Counted from the first letter of the whole stretch, positions 36,801-49,721 are shown. The stretch: 62,996 nt of DNA, filler included, from Cercozoa sp. M6MM (GCA_040357565.1; 7 parts of 7 records of this genome joined end to end with filler, not necessarily neighbours in it); one strand, 5' to 3'. A program made the numbers and translations. The notes: a model not told the origin generated them from the letters alone.

Positions 36801-39766
36801 GCGGCAGCTTTGGTAAATTTGAATTTGACCTTGACTCATAATTTATCAGTAAGGTAGCTTCAATCAATTTACTTCCTGAAAACTGAATACTTAGCTCCGA
36901 TGATAGCGCCGAACCAAAGCGACCAGCTGTACCAGCACATGCTGCGGCGTATGTCGCTACCCGATGGTAAAACCACAGCTGTACTTGTGCACCTACAGTA
37001 GGTCGTGTCGGTTGAGTGTTTTTACGCCTGCTGCAAAACACACAGAAGGCGAAGTGCCCGTGCCGGTTTATGTCATGCGTTTCGTCAAGAGCCCGCAGCA
37101 CTATCCGCGTCACGTGGACTTTCCGAACTATTCCGAGCAGCGTGAGATAGTTCTCAACACTGCTGCGGTCTGGAGAAACGCCAGATCGCTTCTGGCCTCG
37201 CACTTATTCGGTTTAAAGCCTCCACTTTGATTTCCTTCTTCCCTGTTGCTTTCTCAAATCTCAAACTTCATGTATCATAGACCGGTACCGCAAGTCGATT
37301 TTGTCTCAACGACTTCCTGATCAAGAACAAAGAGTACCCGAAGTACAGCTCCGTGTGAGTACAGTCGACCCAGACGCGCCTTACCCAGGTACTCCGCGTA
37401 TTTGTTGCCCACCAACTGACGACGAGGTTCACTTCCTGTTTATAATTTGTTTCATTTACCACAGCATACGCAACTTACATCTTCCCTGCTGCGGTTCTGC
37501 ACGTCACTTGCAACAAGGTAAATTGACATTGCTTGGGGACAGACAAAAAGATCGACTGACAGTTTTGTTTAATTCGGGGACAGTTTTACATAATTTACTG
37601 TAATATAGTCTATCCACACGGAGCATGAAACTGTTGTGGTGCACGCCATGTTGACACGATACAACACGATGCTGCAAGGTGTGCTGCACGAGATATTGAT
37701 GCAGCGACAGCGACCTCTGACTCTGCGCATTCGTAAATTTACTTCGGTTATTCTTGCCTTGATTTTGGTCAGACACCTCGCATATTGACGTATTGGGATT
37801 GTAACCTTTGAGACAGGACTCCTTGTGAGCACGACAGCCGACGACGGCAACATAGTCAACCTCAGTGTCGACATGCCTGATGTTGAGGTCGAACTGCACG
37901 ACACTTTGGTCGAACGCTCCATCTTGCTGCAGCACGAATCGCTCTCCTTCCGCTTTATTGGTATAAGTTACTGAAAGCAGTGAGATTATCTGGGTAGCAA
38001 CTCTAATGCACTGTGCCCACGCAGTGAACCTCGCATTGATGCCGTTCAAGGACTGCGAGGCTACGGCACAGGATGGCACGGTGCTGCCGAACAATCCGAC
38101 GTATCCGATGCCGTTCCCGACGGCCTTTGACTTCTTACACCCTGTAAATTTACACTCGCGTTCGGACTGATTTCGCGGTTCGTAAATTGCTGTTGTATGT
38201 GGTACCAGAATCCTGGCGGTGTCACGTACCGTCTTACGCCAACCTTGCCGATGCTGAGCGACCTGCTCAAGTTCAATGTTGTTGCGTCCGGAGAATCCAG
38301 CAGTGGCCTGCGTTTCGACGACGTTTCCTCTGACCTTATGTATCATAACAACTTACGCATTATGAGAACATTGTTTCGATGAATAACTACAATTTACGAT
38401 GTTATGTAGTTAATTTAGTCCGTTGGATATATATAGATAAATATATATATATATGTGTGTGTGTGAATTATCGTGAAGTTGCATCGAATATGTGTTTGAG
38501 TGCATGATGCGGTCCGCAGCATTACGTGCGCGCAAACTTGCCATGTGGTCTGCAAATACGAGGAGATGTGGCTGACCACAGTGACACTGCAAACCGAAGA
38601 TGTACCGGTCGGAGTGGTTCCTCAGTCGCCTCTTGTCGAAAAAACGTTTGTTCAGGTGAGGCAGTAAAATTGCAATTTGGAAATACAAAAACCCGTTGTT
38701 TCTCAGCATCAGATGGGAATCGAAGGTCTCGAAAGACTCGCGTATCGCTTCGCAGAACTCGTAGCACCAGTCTGCCCATCTGTTTCCACCTGTCATGATG
38801 GGATTTATGTCCTGCAGCCTCTGCAAGCCAACGTCAACATGCTTTCAGAATTGGAGACTGCTTTGAACGCCTTTGGTATCTTGCAATTGTTAACTTGAAG
38901 TCTCAGTAGTTTAGTGAGACTTTTCGCCTGTATATGCGGAATGAGCTGTCTTAGTTTCGGCTCCCGCGGAAATCGTGCCTCTCGATGTCGTGCTCGTCCT
39001 CACGGAGCTCGCGACGCGCGTGCACAACTTGGCTACCGGTGCAGCTGTGTTCTCTTCCATCGATACAGTTTTGGAATGTACATGGTTGGCTGGTTGTTGT
39101 TAAATAGATGTCCCAATCCCACCGGAACCGAAGAGACCGCAGCTTGGCGAAGCTCTCGCGTATTTCTTCCCCCATTTGAATATTAAATCAACATTTGATG
39201 TTTTCGCTCGACGTTTTGTATTAAACCGTATGCCCTGATGTTCCAAAGAACGCGACTACCTCCAGTGCCGACAGGATCTTTAAGCGATGAACGTAGCCTA
39301 ATCCTACGTGTACACTGCCTACGTGCTGTGTTTGCATTTAATTTGAATAGTACACGCCCTGACACTGCCGGTGACGCTAAGATTGCAACGTGTCGCTGAC
39401 GGTGTGCTATTAAGTTGATACCAACCACATGGAACTGTGTACAATTTAGGCCAAAATTCTGGGCAGGTGAAACCTTCTGGCACGGCATAACCGTGCCGTC
39501 TGATGTGCACACCATTGTCGTCGCCAACGCGCCGGTAAATTATGTACTCCTTTTGAGTTGGAGGTTGGGGGGGGAGTCTGTCTGAATGCTTCAACTGCAA
39601 CTTGCGCAGCCACAACAAAGAAACAAACTGTGACCTCCAAGTACACTTACAATCAATGTCGAGTGTGTTCTCCTGTAGTCGTTACTTTTCTGTGTGCGTA
39701 GTTGGAGATTGGATACCCAAACCTCGAAGCATGCAAAGTAACCCTTCCAGGCAGTACGTTCTGTCG

Positions 39767-39810
<44 letters not shown>

Positions 39811-39910
39811 NNNNNNNNNNNNNNNNNNNNNNNNNNNNNNNNNNNNNNNNNNNNNNNNNNNNNNNNNNNNNNNNNNNNNNNNNNNNNNNNNNNNNNNNNN
39901 NNNNNNNNNN

Positions 39911-39954
<44 letters not shown>

Positions 39955-40261
39955 CTTAGACCGCTGGTACTTGTGTTTTTGCAAATTACAGGGAGCACGA
40001 AATCCCTCAATGCCTTCACGCACCTCGATTGCGAAGGTACAGTAGCAAAATTCTAGCACGTAGCTCCACTTCAAGCTGTACATCTACGACAATTTGTGTT
40101 CGGTGCTGGCAGTCTCACAAGAAACGCGCGTGGCGGTGGTTGCGACTGTGAAGACACTTGACCCTACTGCGACAACACAGTGCAAACTTGCCGGTGGCTC
40201 GCCGTGGATGTACATGTTCGTGCTCCAGCCGAGTCTGGCCGAACTGGAGGCGCCACCGTGA
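33807..40261 (+). CDS. Large novel secreted protein: signal peptide, coiled coil, polybasic KRRRKR site, long unknown C-terminal region; apparent frameshift near 35270; linkage beyond about 39200 uncertain
   Basis: Begins with signal peptide MLVFLGLLSLNLLVSTAQA. More than 20 GT-AG bounded exons chain in frame, apart from one missing base at 35269-35271 and an unresolved join at 39200-39450. Confidence 0.55.
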
Positions 40262-40554
40262 CTCCATAGTCCATATAAGTTACAGTGTACAGTCGTACTG
40301 TAATGGGCAGCGCAGTCACTAACGTCAGCCTTGACTACTAGTTATTCTAGTTACTCGTACTAGTACTGTACGCTTTCGGTTTATAAACAGACTCTAGACT
40401 CTTGCCGATCGTAAGTGGAGTCGAGTGCGGTGAACTACCGCACAGCATCTAACGTCAACTGAGTCATGAAAACTGCCGGGATCCGGACGTAAACTGAACT
40501 ACCGTACGCTGCGCTGGGTGAACAGATCGTGGACGAGACGTGCTCGTGCTCGGC

Positions 40555-43081
40555 TTATTTGTTTTGCAAACCGTCCGCATTAGTACGAACAGCGCGGGCC
40601 CAGTCACGGACCTGATGCGCACACAAAACATGTGAAACTCACATCCATAAAGACTAAGGAGGGTGCAAATTACCGCCACAGGAACCTCGCGCTGCATGTG
40701 TAGCACCTAGCACGAACATGCGTAGCAAAATGGGACTAACACCACAGAGTGCAGCACATGTGTGATCTGTACATCATCAACAAAGGCGGAAGGTTCGGCG
40801 CGCAGCTGCAGTTCGGTCAGTTCAAAATTCGAATCCGTTCTGCAAAAATTGGGATAAAACGCATAACTCATCTCCTTCATGTCAAAGTACGAACGAGCGA
40901 CGCGCACGACCCCAGCTTCAGCGAGAAACGACAACACCTCTTGCAGAACCTCGTCCGCAAACCGTAGTGTCGAGATCTACGTGCCACAACTGAATTCTGA
41001 AACAGATAATACACACGACAACTATACCGAGTTGAGGCGGGTTTCCTGCAGTTTGAGCGCGTGCAGGATCTGTACAACCACATCATAGCTATGCCAATAT
41101 TAAGAATATAGCCACTTTTTTACCTGCTGCACAGAGGGGCTTGGCAGGCCGCGCAAGTGCAGGTGCGCCAGAGCCAGCAGAAGCGCCAACTCAAGCGTGC
41201 GAAGTTCCTCGACGGCAACACGTGTAAAAGCATCGTCGTCCTCACTGCCGTCTCTGCTCAAGGCACGGGAGATAATATCACTCAAGTTAATCATCAAACT
41301 ACTCAATCAAGTCATAAAGGAAAGCACGAAATCGCGTCAAATTCGCGCAACAGCACGTCTTCAGTGAGGCGACACACTGCCGCAATTTGCGCTGTTGAAG
41401 CAGTTTCGCCAGCCTCCTGCAAAACCGCAGAGTATCAGTTGAAGCAGTTTCGCCCGCCTTCTGCAACAGAAAAAAACTACGGCAGACGGAAGAGTTGATC
41501 GTTGTGATGCCAAAAGCGACACGGCGTTTCGAAGCGCATGTTGCAGTTCCTGTGTTCGATAAGAATGGACCCAGCTTCACAGTTTCTGAGACAGCAACCA
41601 CTCATCGTGTACCTCCAACGTTGTGCCAAAATCCAGCAATTCTTGAACCTTTTCTTTCACTTTCTACGTGGAGCAAAATAATCAGTCAATGTTGAAATTT
41701 CCACACAGATAAAAAATACCTCCGACGCAAAGACTTCGTCAACAGACGCCAAATAACTGCGAAGCACCTCGCTGTTTAGCGCCTGTTTGTGTTCCTGAGT
41801 GCTGCTGTTGTCAGCACTGGCATCTGCAGTCGTCTCACCGCTGCCCGAAACTTCGCCGCCCTCGGTTTGGTTATCACTGTTCGTTTCGTTTTCGCCTTCG
41901 ATAGAAACTTCGCCACTGCTTTCGTTTTCGTTGCTGCTCTCGGTGTCAAGTACAGTCGCTCGCTGCTTGAGCATCGCCAGCGCTGTATCTGCATCGTGCA
42001 CGTGCCAGACTTGCACGAGACTAAATCCCCCAATATTAAAGCACTCAGTGTTGATTGAAGCATTCATTAAACACTGAGTCAACTGAAGGCAAAAGGAACA
42101 CACCGATGCGTGGCTCGCGACTGCACACGCTTCTCGAGCGAGTTGAATGCGTTGAGATCGCTCGTGATGCACACGGCCGAGATGCGAACCTTTATATCGA
42201 AAGAACAATCAACCAACCACATGGACAAAAGCAGCAATTTTACCTGACCAAAATGCAGCAAGTCGAACAAATTGTACAGCAGTGTTTGACGCGATCGCTT
42301 CGCAAAGTCCTCGAACGAGTCAAGCTTCACACCAAAGTGTCTTTCTAACAACAGAACTACGCAGTGAGGAGCAAAGTACCACAAAAACAATCGTGGATCC
42401 TTCGATCTTGCGTTTCTGGAGTGCGGACTGAAGACAAGGCAGCGCTCAATGAGCTTTTGAAAAAGAGGGAAGGCTTAAACTGAAGGCAAACCTGAAGGTG
42501 CACTAGACACTGCTGGAAGGATGTCATGCGCTTTCGATTTCTTTCGGCGCGCGAATGAATGACGGCCTCTTCGACAGCTTCTTTCTCGAGTTCTTGGATC
42601 GCTTCGTAAAGGTGCAGTTGCAACGCGATCTCCTTAAGGGCCGATAAGTCATCGCCAAAGCAAGTGCCATCGAGCCAGACCACCTGCAAAAACGGAATCC
42701 TTTTGCTCATTCAAGGTTTTCTCACAAGAGAAAATGCACACCTGAAACTTGTGTTCCAGCTGCAATTGCGACAAAGTTTGACGAACGAGACTCGTTTTGC
42801 CACTGCCGTGCGGTCCTGAATCCAAATCACTCGAACCCTTCAGCTTCAACGTTTTTGAGAGAGAAAAAGTCACCTTGCACCATGACGGTCACATTCTCCT
42901 GAGCACCCAACGAGGATCCCAGAAGATAGTCTAAACGTTTTCGCTGTTCCTCGAGTCCATAGAGCGGCTGTGGTGCTCGGAGAGTGCTCCCAGCGGACCG
43001 ATTGAGCGGAGAAACTTGTCCGCGCGTACAGTTCAAGGACACGGCACGACAGATTGCGTCCACTGTCGTCCAAGGAAGCAT
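40555..43081 (-). CDS. ORC4: Origin recognition complex subunit 4 (AAA+)
   Basis: Motifs LYGLEEQ, Walker A GPHGSGKT, DDLSALKEIALQL, RQTLLYNLFD, LEKRVQSR and LELALL. Confidence 0.9.
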
Positions 43082-43291
43082 CAGAGTACAATAGCGGCAC
43101 CAAAACACTACCCGCACTCCCTCTCACACGTGCACTGAGTCAACAGGTCTAGGTCCCATCTTTATTTTCTTGCTAAACTGGCTATTTGTTATCGTCAGAG
43201 AAGATCATCTTTCTGCCACCGTTTCAAAGGGCTCTGTGCGTATCCACGATAGGAATAGGTGCCCAAAACTTCACCTTTCTTACTAATAGCC

Positions 43292-44514
43292 ATGCTCGCT
43301 ACCGGTACCATCCATGTGGTGTTAAAAAAAATAATGATTGCCAGTTTCGGCAAAAAGGACTTTACGCTTGCTGTGTCTCTTTTGAAAGTTCTGAGGCGTG
43401 CCGCCGTGCAGCGTCGCCACACGACGATTCTGTGTGTTCGCAAAGGCGATGAGGTCGTCATGATGGGCGATGGCCAGGTCTCCACGGGCAACACGGTCGC
43501 CAAGAACAACGGACGCAAGATTCGCACGATCTCCAACGGCAAGGGAGGCGTCGTTATGACAGGTACTGCTCCCAGCTGCCTGTTCTTCCTTCCTTTTGTG
43601 TCTGTCTTGACGGTGACGCTTGGGCAGGCATCGCTGGCGCCGTTGCCGACGCCTTTCGTCTGCGCGAGCTGATCGAAAAGGAACTGAAGAACCACCCAGG
43701 TATGTGTGTTGCCTGTGTGTGCAACTCTCTTGCTGTATGACTGGTTGTTGTGCTGGGGTCTCAGGCCAGCTGCTGCGTGCCAGTGTGGCAGTGGCGACGC
43801 TCTGGAAGACGGACAAGATGCTGCGCAATCTGCAGGCGCAAGTGATCGTGGCCGATGAGGAGGTATGTGTGCGTATGTCTGTGTGTGCGTGTGTGTGTGC
43901 GTGTGTGCGTGTGTGTGTGTGTGCGTGTGCGTGTGTGTGTGTGTGCCCTCTCCTTGACCTTCCTTTTGTCCAGGTCTCACTCTCGGTCAGCGGCAGTGGC
44001 GAAGTATTCGAACCCGAGGACGACATCCTGGCTGGTACACTCTCGTGTGTCTCTCGGTGACTATCGGGAGAAAGTGTGGCTCCAGTCGGAAGCGGCGGCG
44101 AGTACGCGCGTGCGGCAGCGAAAGCACTCTGCACTGTCGACGGTCTGTCTGCAAGGTACCCAACTGTTACCTGCCAAAACAGCAACTGAAATCGACAGAC
44201 ATATCGAACCAACGCACAGGGAGGTGGCCACCCGTGCCATGAAGGTCGCTGGCGATCTGGACATCTACTCCAACCACAACACGCTCACTGACTCGCTGCC
44301 CAACAAGAAGAGCGCCTTCTTTGGCGAGGACTACGAGGAGGACAGCGAGGCCAGCGAGGACACCGACAGTCAAGACCAGCAGTCGCAGCAGCAGCAGCTG
44401 CAGCGGCCACACGAAGAACAGTCGCACGAGCAGCAAGAGGAACAGTCGCACGAGCAGTCAGCTGACTCAGCCGACTCGGACACTGACGACAATGAGGAAA
44501 CCAAGGTCGAGTAG
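43292..44514 (+). CDS. hslV: Mitochondrial HslV/ClpQ threonine protease with acidic C-terminal extension
   Basis: Spliced presequence [15 protein letters not shown] precedes the catalytic TTILCVRK. Then [27 protein letters not shown] and IYSNHN. Confidence 0.95.
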
Positions 44515-45160
44515 GCGGTGCGCATTGCCTGACTTAAATTTACATTTACCCCAGGAGTATCTATCCAACGCCTTGTACTTTTTCCGTTTCAGCAACTGGC
44601 CGTGAACTTCAGTCGAGTTAACGCGGAGAGGCTTTCTCTTTTGCCAGCTGGCATGCTCAAAACGCAATCTACACAGGACAGGCTTTCGGCATGTCGAGTC
44701 GGTCGGTAAACTCGACTGCCGCCGACACGATGACGAACGACCGATAAAAAACTTACTGTAAATCGAATACTAACTAGAACGGAAGTTCAAAACTTGACCA
44801 CTGCAGCTGCCGGCTTGGGGTACGCCAGCCGCCTGCGCTGAGAGCACAGGTCGCCTTCAACTGTTTAAATGCTCACGTGTGTCGGGACGATAAGCAAACT
44901 CCCTGATCCGGACGTTTCAAATGTCATAAAATGTCATAAAACCAGCACAGGCCGATATACAGACTCAAATTTTAAAAAGCCTTTCGAGGAGTTTTATGGA
45001 TTCATGCACGAGATGAGATGAGAATGCACGAGATGAGATGAGAGGGGCGGTGGTGTAATTAATACACCGGAAAGATCAGACGGAGTGCTGACTTTTGATT
45101 TTTTGGGGTGGCACAGTCGAGTCGCTATGGAACACCGTCGTGCGTGTGGTCTCGCGAGAG

Positions 45161-45590
45161 TTACGAGCGGCTCGACGTGTACTTGGTCACAGCCCTGGCA
45201 AGCAAAGCGAGGATAAAAACAATAGGTTTTAAGGTTAAGAAAAAAACGTAGAGTGCAAACTCACTTGGTGCCCTCGGAGATGGCGTGCTTGGCGAGCTCA
45301 CCAGGCAGCAGGAGGCGCGCGGCCGTCTGGATCTCTCGCGACGTGAGCGTCGACTTCTTGTTGTACTGCGCCAGGCGCGAGGCCTCGAGCGCCAGACGCT
45401 CGAAAGTGTCGTTGATGAACGAGTTCATGATCGACATGGCGCGCTTGGAGATGCCAACGTCCGGGTGCACCTGCTTGAGCACCTTGTAGATGTAGATGTT
45501 GTACGACTGCGTCGGCTTGCGGCGAGCGCCAGCGTGCTCGGCAGCGGCGGCAGCCGGGACCTTCTTGGCCGGGGTCTTCTTGGCGGGCAT
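45161..45590 (-). CDS. H2B: Histone H2B with one intron near the 3' end
   Basis: [26 protein letters not shown]...[16 protein letters not shown]. Intron about 45196-45264 then gives [10 protein letters not shown]. Confidence 0.98.
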
Positions 45591-46118
45591 CTTGTGCTTG
45601 TGCTTGTGCTTGTCTTGCAAGACAGAACGAAAAGAGAAACTCTTTCGGGGGTGGAGACAACCGCTGGTTCTCAAAAACAACGGCCCACTCCTCGGCGCCC
45701 AAAAGTTGCCGAGTGTGCCACCATTTTGCCAAAAAACTCTTTTCTGTCCGTTTTAGAGCCTCTCACTTGACTCAACGGAATTTAGCTAGATATTTTCTGA
45801 GCTCAAGCTTGCGTTCTTAACGTCTAGTGCACCGGAGTGCGAGAAATCGGTATTTTTTATTTGAGCGCCAAAAAGTGACCAGTGAATTTTTTTTGGCCCG
45901 TACATTTTGATTTTTCGCCGAGATGGGGTCAAAGTGCACTAAATTCGCTATTTTGACCAATTTTAAGACCCAGTATCATGGTTAGCGGTCAGCTGACTCC
46001 CTGCTTTCTGGCTCCGTGGCGCAATGCTGAGCCCATGATTTTGTAGACTCAAAAATTCACTTTTAGTTAGAGTTTAGAAGTTTCGAACACTTGAGGGTGC
46101 TTCAAACTATGCTAGAAC

Positions 46119-46638
46119 CTACTCGTGGGCCTGCGATTGGTCGTTGTCGTCGTTCTTGCCGGCGGCGACTTTTTGGGGGCGCAGACTGCGCTCCAACTCG
46201 GCGGCGAAACCGGCCACCTGTCCCTCCGTCAGACACACACACATACATAGACATACATCCATATGCGCACATACATACATACATACATATACATACATAC
46301 GTAGACATACATACATAGCGTACAGACGTACATACATACACATACATCTACACATACATAGACATACATAGACATACATACACATACATACATACACATA
46401 CACATACATACATATACTTACATACATACATACATACATACACATACATACATACATACATACATACTTGCATACTTGCATACATACACATACATACATA
46501 CACTACATACACATACATAGACATACATACATAGACATACATAGACATACATACACAGACCCCTCCCCAAGCCAAGCAGTTAATTTGTACATCGTCACTG
46601 CGCTGACTGTTGTGCTCGCTGCGCGTTTCACTTCGACT
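46119..46638 (-). CDS. 3' terminal two exons of an unidentified gene
   Basis: Exons 46638-46591 and 46217-46119 join in frame across a TATG-microsatellite intron. Confidence 0.4.
46233..46558. repeat. Imperfect (CATA)n/(TATG)n microsatellite in an intron
   Basis: Read directly. Confidence 0.95.
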
Positions 46639-46755
46639 CTGGGGGGGGGGGGGGGNNNNNNNNNNNNNNNNNNNNNNNNNNNNNNNNNNNNNNNNNNNNT
46701 TAATTAATTAANNNNNNNNNNNNNNNNNNNNNNNNNNNNNNNNNNNNNNNNNNNN

Positions 46756-46801
<46 letters not shown>

Positions 46802-46858
46802 CAGGCAACTTGATGGCAGAGAAAGGGAGAACCCAAAGACAGTGAGTTCCTTGTGTAC

Positions 46859-47568
46859 CAAAGTTGTAGCGGCGACGCGGCTGGTCGGCCGGACAGAGAA
46901 GCGCCTTGAACGACTTCTCGTCGTGGTGCTGCAGCGACTCCTCCGTGCGCTGCGCGAACGGCGACTCGACCTGCTCGGCTTCCTCCTGCTCTGCGTCCTC
47001 TTCGACTTGCTCCTCGGACTGCTCCTCCGTCGCGTCGGCGTCGGCGGCAGGCGTGGCGCTCTCACCGGCGACCTCGTCCTGCGACACCATGACCCAGTCC
47101 TCGGAGACGGCCGCGTCCTGCGCCGTGGCACTCTCCGTGCTGACGGTGCCGGCCGCGCTGCTGCCCTCGTCGCCGCCAACAGTGGTGGCGCTCGCGTCTA
47201 CGCTCGTCTCGGACGACTCCTCGTCCTGCTTCTTCGAAGCCATCTTGGCAAACAGGCTGCGCATCTCATCCCGCGCCGGCGCCGGCTTCTCCTGCACCTG
47301 CACCTGCTCCTGTTCCTGGGTTGAGACCGCAGCCTCAGCGACAACGACAGCAGGCTCTTCCTTGCCCGCCGCTTTGGCGAACGCTGCACGCATGGCGGCC
47401 GCTCCCTGCACAGCACACACAGACAACAAAACTCAACAAGAACAACAACAAAACTCAACAGGAACAACAACAAAACTCAACAGGAGCAACAAAAAAAAAA
47501 TAATTATATGTGTTCTCAGGGCATCAGTGCATTGGGTCACGACGCACCGCGGAAGCAGACGACTCCAT
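46859..47568 (-). CDS. Acidic disordered N-terminal region of an unidentified protein (3' end lost in gap)
   Basis: Short exon MESSASA is spliced to a long GC3-rich exon (ORF 46704-47429), which contains SEDWVMV. Confidence 0.65.
47422..47490. repeat. Intronic 22-bp tandem repeat x3
   Basis: Units of the form ACAACAACAAAACTCAACAGGA. Confidence 0.9.
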
Positions 47569-48039
47569 GCACCTCAGTGACTGGCGGGCGGCACAGGAAT
47601 GGGCGGCGCTCGCTAAACTTGCGACTCTGTTTTTTTCTTTGTTTCGTCCGACGCGAGCTGCACTGATCGTGGCCTGCGCCTTGTATTTGTTGAAGACTAC
47701 CGCTGCTGAGTGGTCTACGGGGCGAGCTAGCGCTTGCTAAGCGATTTTAAAAAATTAAACAAATCGACATCATAGACTGGACCCAGTACTGTACAGTAGT
47801 AGCCTGGCAGTACAGCACAGTCAGAAGTCGTGTACAGCGTATTTTACAGGCCTGGGAACGTTTGTCACTGCAGTTGGTGATTTGCGAGATGCCAGCTGAG
47901 CCGCCGGTCAATATCACGCAGAATGCACGTTCCAGGTTTTTCTGGCCTGAAATTGTTTTGTTGCGTCTTTAGAGACGGTGAGAGCTAGTTAGTTGAGTCT
48001 TATATGGATGCCGTATAATACGCTGAAACAGAAGCACAT

Positions 48040-48481
48040 TTATGAACCAACAACGATGGATATCACTCAACAAGAACCACAGAAAACTGAAGCAACGCAT
48101 TCGAAAGATCAGCGAAGAGAGAAGCAAGGCGCAAACGCCCAAGACTCGCAAAAGCCAAGCGCAGAGCAGAGAAAGCTAAACACATCACGAGTTCACTGAT
48201 ACTCCTAAGGATCAGCATCGCTACTACACGCACCCTCGCACGATTCCTGTGCAACAGACTCGGCTCATTCAAGTACTTCAATGAAGAATGCAACGCCAAA
48301 GGCAGGACCAGAACTCTCAACTGCGCGGGATGCAAGAAAGACTGCAGAAGCGTAAGCTGCATACCTTTCCGGACTGTGCTATGGGGCAGAATGCAAGCAA
48401 TGAGACAGAACGAAGAGAAACGCTGGCTACCGCCGACCGATAGAATGTGAAATATGATAGGTCAAAAAAAAAAAAAAAAAA
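48040..48481 (+). mobile_element. Decayed non-LTR retroelement-like 3' fragment with poly(A) tail (copy A)
   Basis: A-rich intron-less frame TLARFLCNRLG...ECNAKGRTRTLNCAGCK, with LHTFPDC in an adjacent frame. Stop near 48450, A-run at 48464-48481. Confidence 0.45.
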
Positions 48482-49068
48482 CTGAGCCAACCCAACTGAG
48501 TGGCGCACAATCAAACACATATTGGGCAAACCAGAGCACATTGGCAACTGTAAAGCACTTGCATGTCACCACGAGAGTGGTGTGGGAGGAGAAAACCAGC
48601 TGCGATATAGCCTGCCCACCCAAAGAGGTGGTGGCCCTTTCTATGTTTGTATGTGCGTGTTTAATTATCTATAGGTGGTGGGAAAAGTGACAGACGACGA
48701 GACGGCTCGACGGACGGCAACGAGACGACGAGACGCCAACGACTTCTTCTAAATTACTTCCAAGCTCGCCACCTTACCAACCTTTGAAGTTCAGTCTACT
48801 GTTTTTTTAATATCAGTGGCAGAGCGCCGGCCAACCGTTGTATAATAGCGTAGGAACCACCAGAGGTTCCACGAGTGTGCCCACGGTTGTGCGGGGATTG
48901 TTTTACGTGTGAAACGCCGCAGTCTGCGTAAAAATCGTAATAAGCCAAATCCAAAAATTGTGAACCTTGTGCTATTGTTGACTTGGTAGTGCTCAAGTCT
49001 GTGCCAGTGTGCTGTGATTGCTCTGGGCGCTGTGGGCTTGCCTGTGATTAAACGTTGTGCTTGGGAAG

Positions 49069-49432
49069 ATGGAGCCGCCGGCCGAGGTAAGTCACTTTGG
49101 ATATTGATTGATGTCTGCTCGCCATTCATCATGTGTGCCCGTAGCGACAAAAGCTCTCATGGCAAAACAGTGAAGAACGCGCCTTACGCAAGGCTGGTGA
49201 GTTCACTTCAGTGCACTCAAAAGTGACGACGGTACACTCCGGTGCTCACAGAGTTGAAACGCCGGCTGTCGCTGCTGCGCGATGTGCTGGCACGCAGGCG
49301 CAAGGCCGGCCGCGGTCGCGCAGGTTCCGTGAAGCGCGCTCCCACTGGTACTTTTCTGCCCCTGTATGTCTGCGTGTCTGTGTGTCTGTGTGTCTGTGTC
49401 TGTGTGTGTGCGTGTGTGTGTGTGCGTGTCTG

Positions 49433-49467
<35 letters not shown>

Positions 49468-49681
49468 TTATGTGTATGTGTATATGTGTGTGTGTGCAGG
49501 TGCAGGTGTCGACGTGGTGGCCCAGATGAAGAAGGTGCTCGGTGAGATGGTGCGTCTTGACAAGCAAAAGTGGTTCGTCAAGCCGGTGGACCCGTACGCC
49601 CTCTCGATCCTCGACTACTTTGACGTGATCAAGCACCCGATGGACCTCGGCACCGTGCGGCAGCGCATCGACAGTGGCCAG
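49069..49681 (+). CDS. Bromodomain protein (BET/GTE-like), 5' part
   Basis: [33 protein letters not shown] is the bromodomain ZA-loop signature. Confidence 0.9.
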
Positions 49682-49721
49682 GTGCCTCCGCTGTGTGGTG
49701 TGAGGTGCGTGTTTATGTGTG

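Noticed and set aside
37504-38346. 280-aa minus-strand ORF
   Set aside because: It shadows plus-strand exons with consistent GT-AG structure and has no recognisable motifs.
46010-46026. GGCTCCGTGGCGCAATG resembling a tRNA 5' end
   Set aside because: No T-loop, anticodon arm or acceptor complement downstream.
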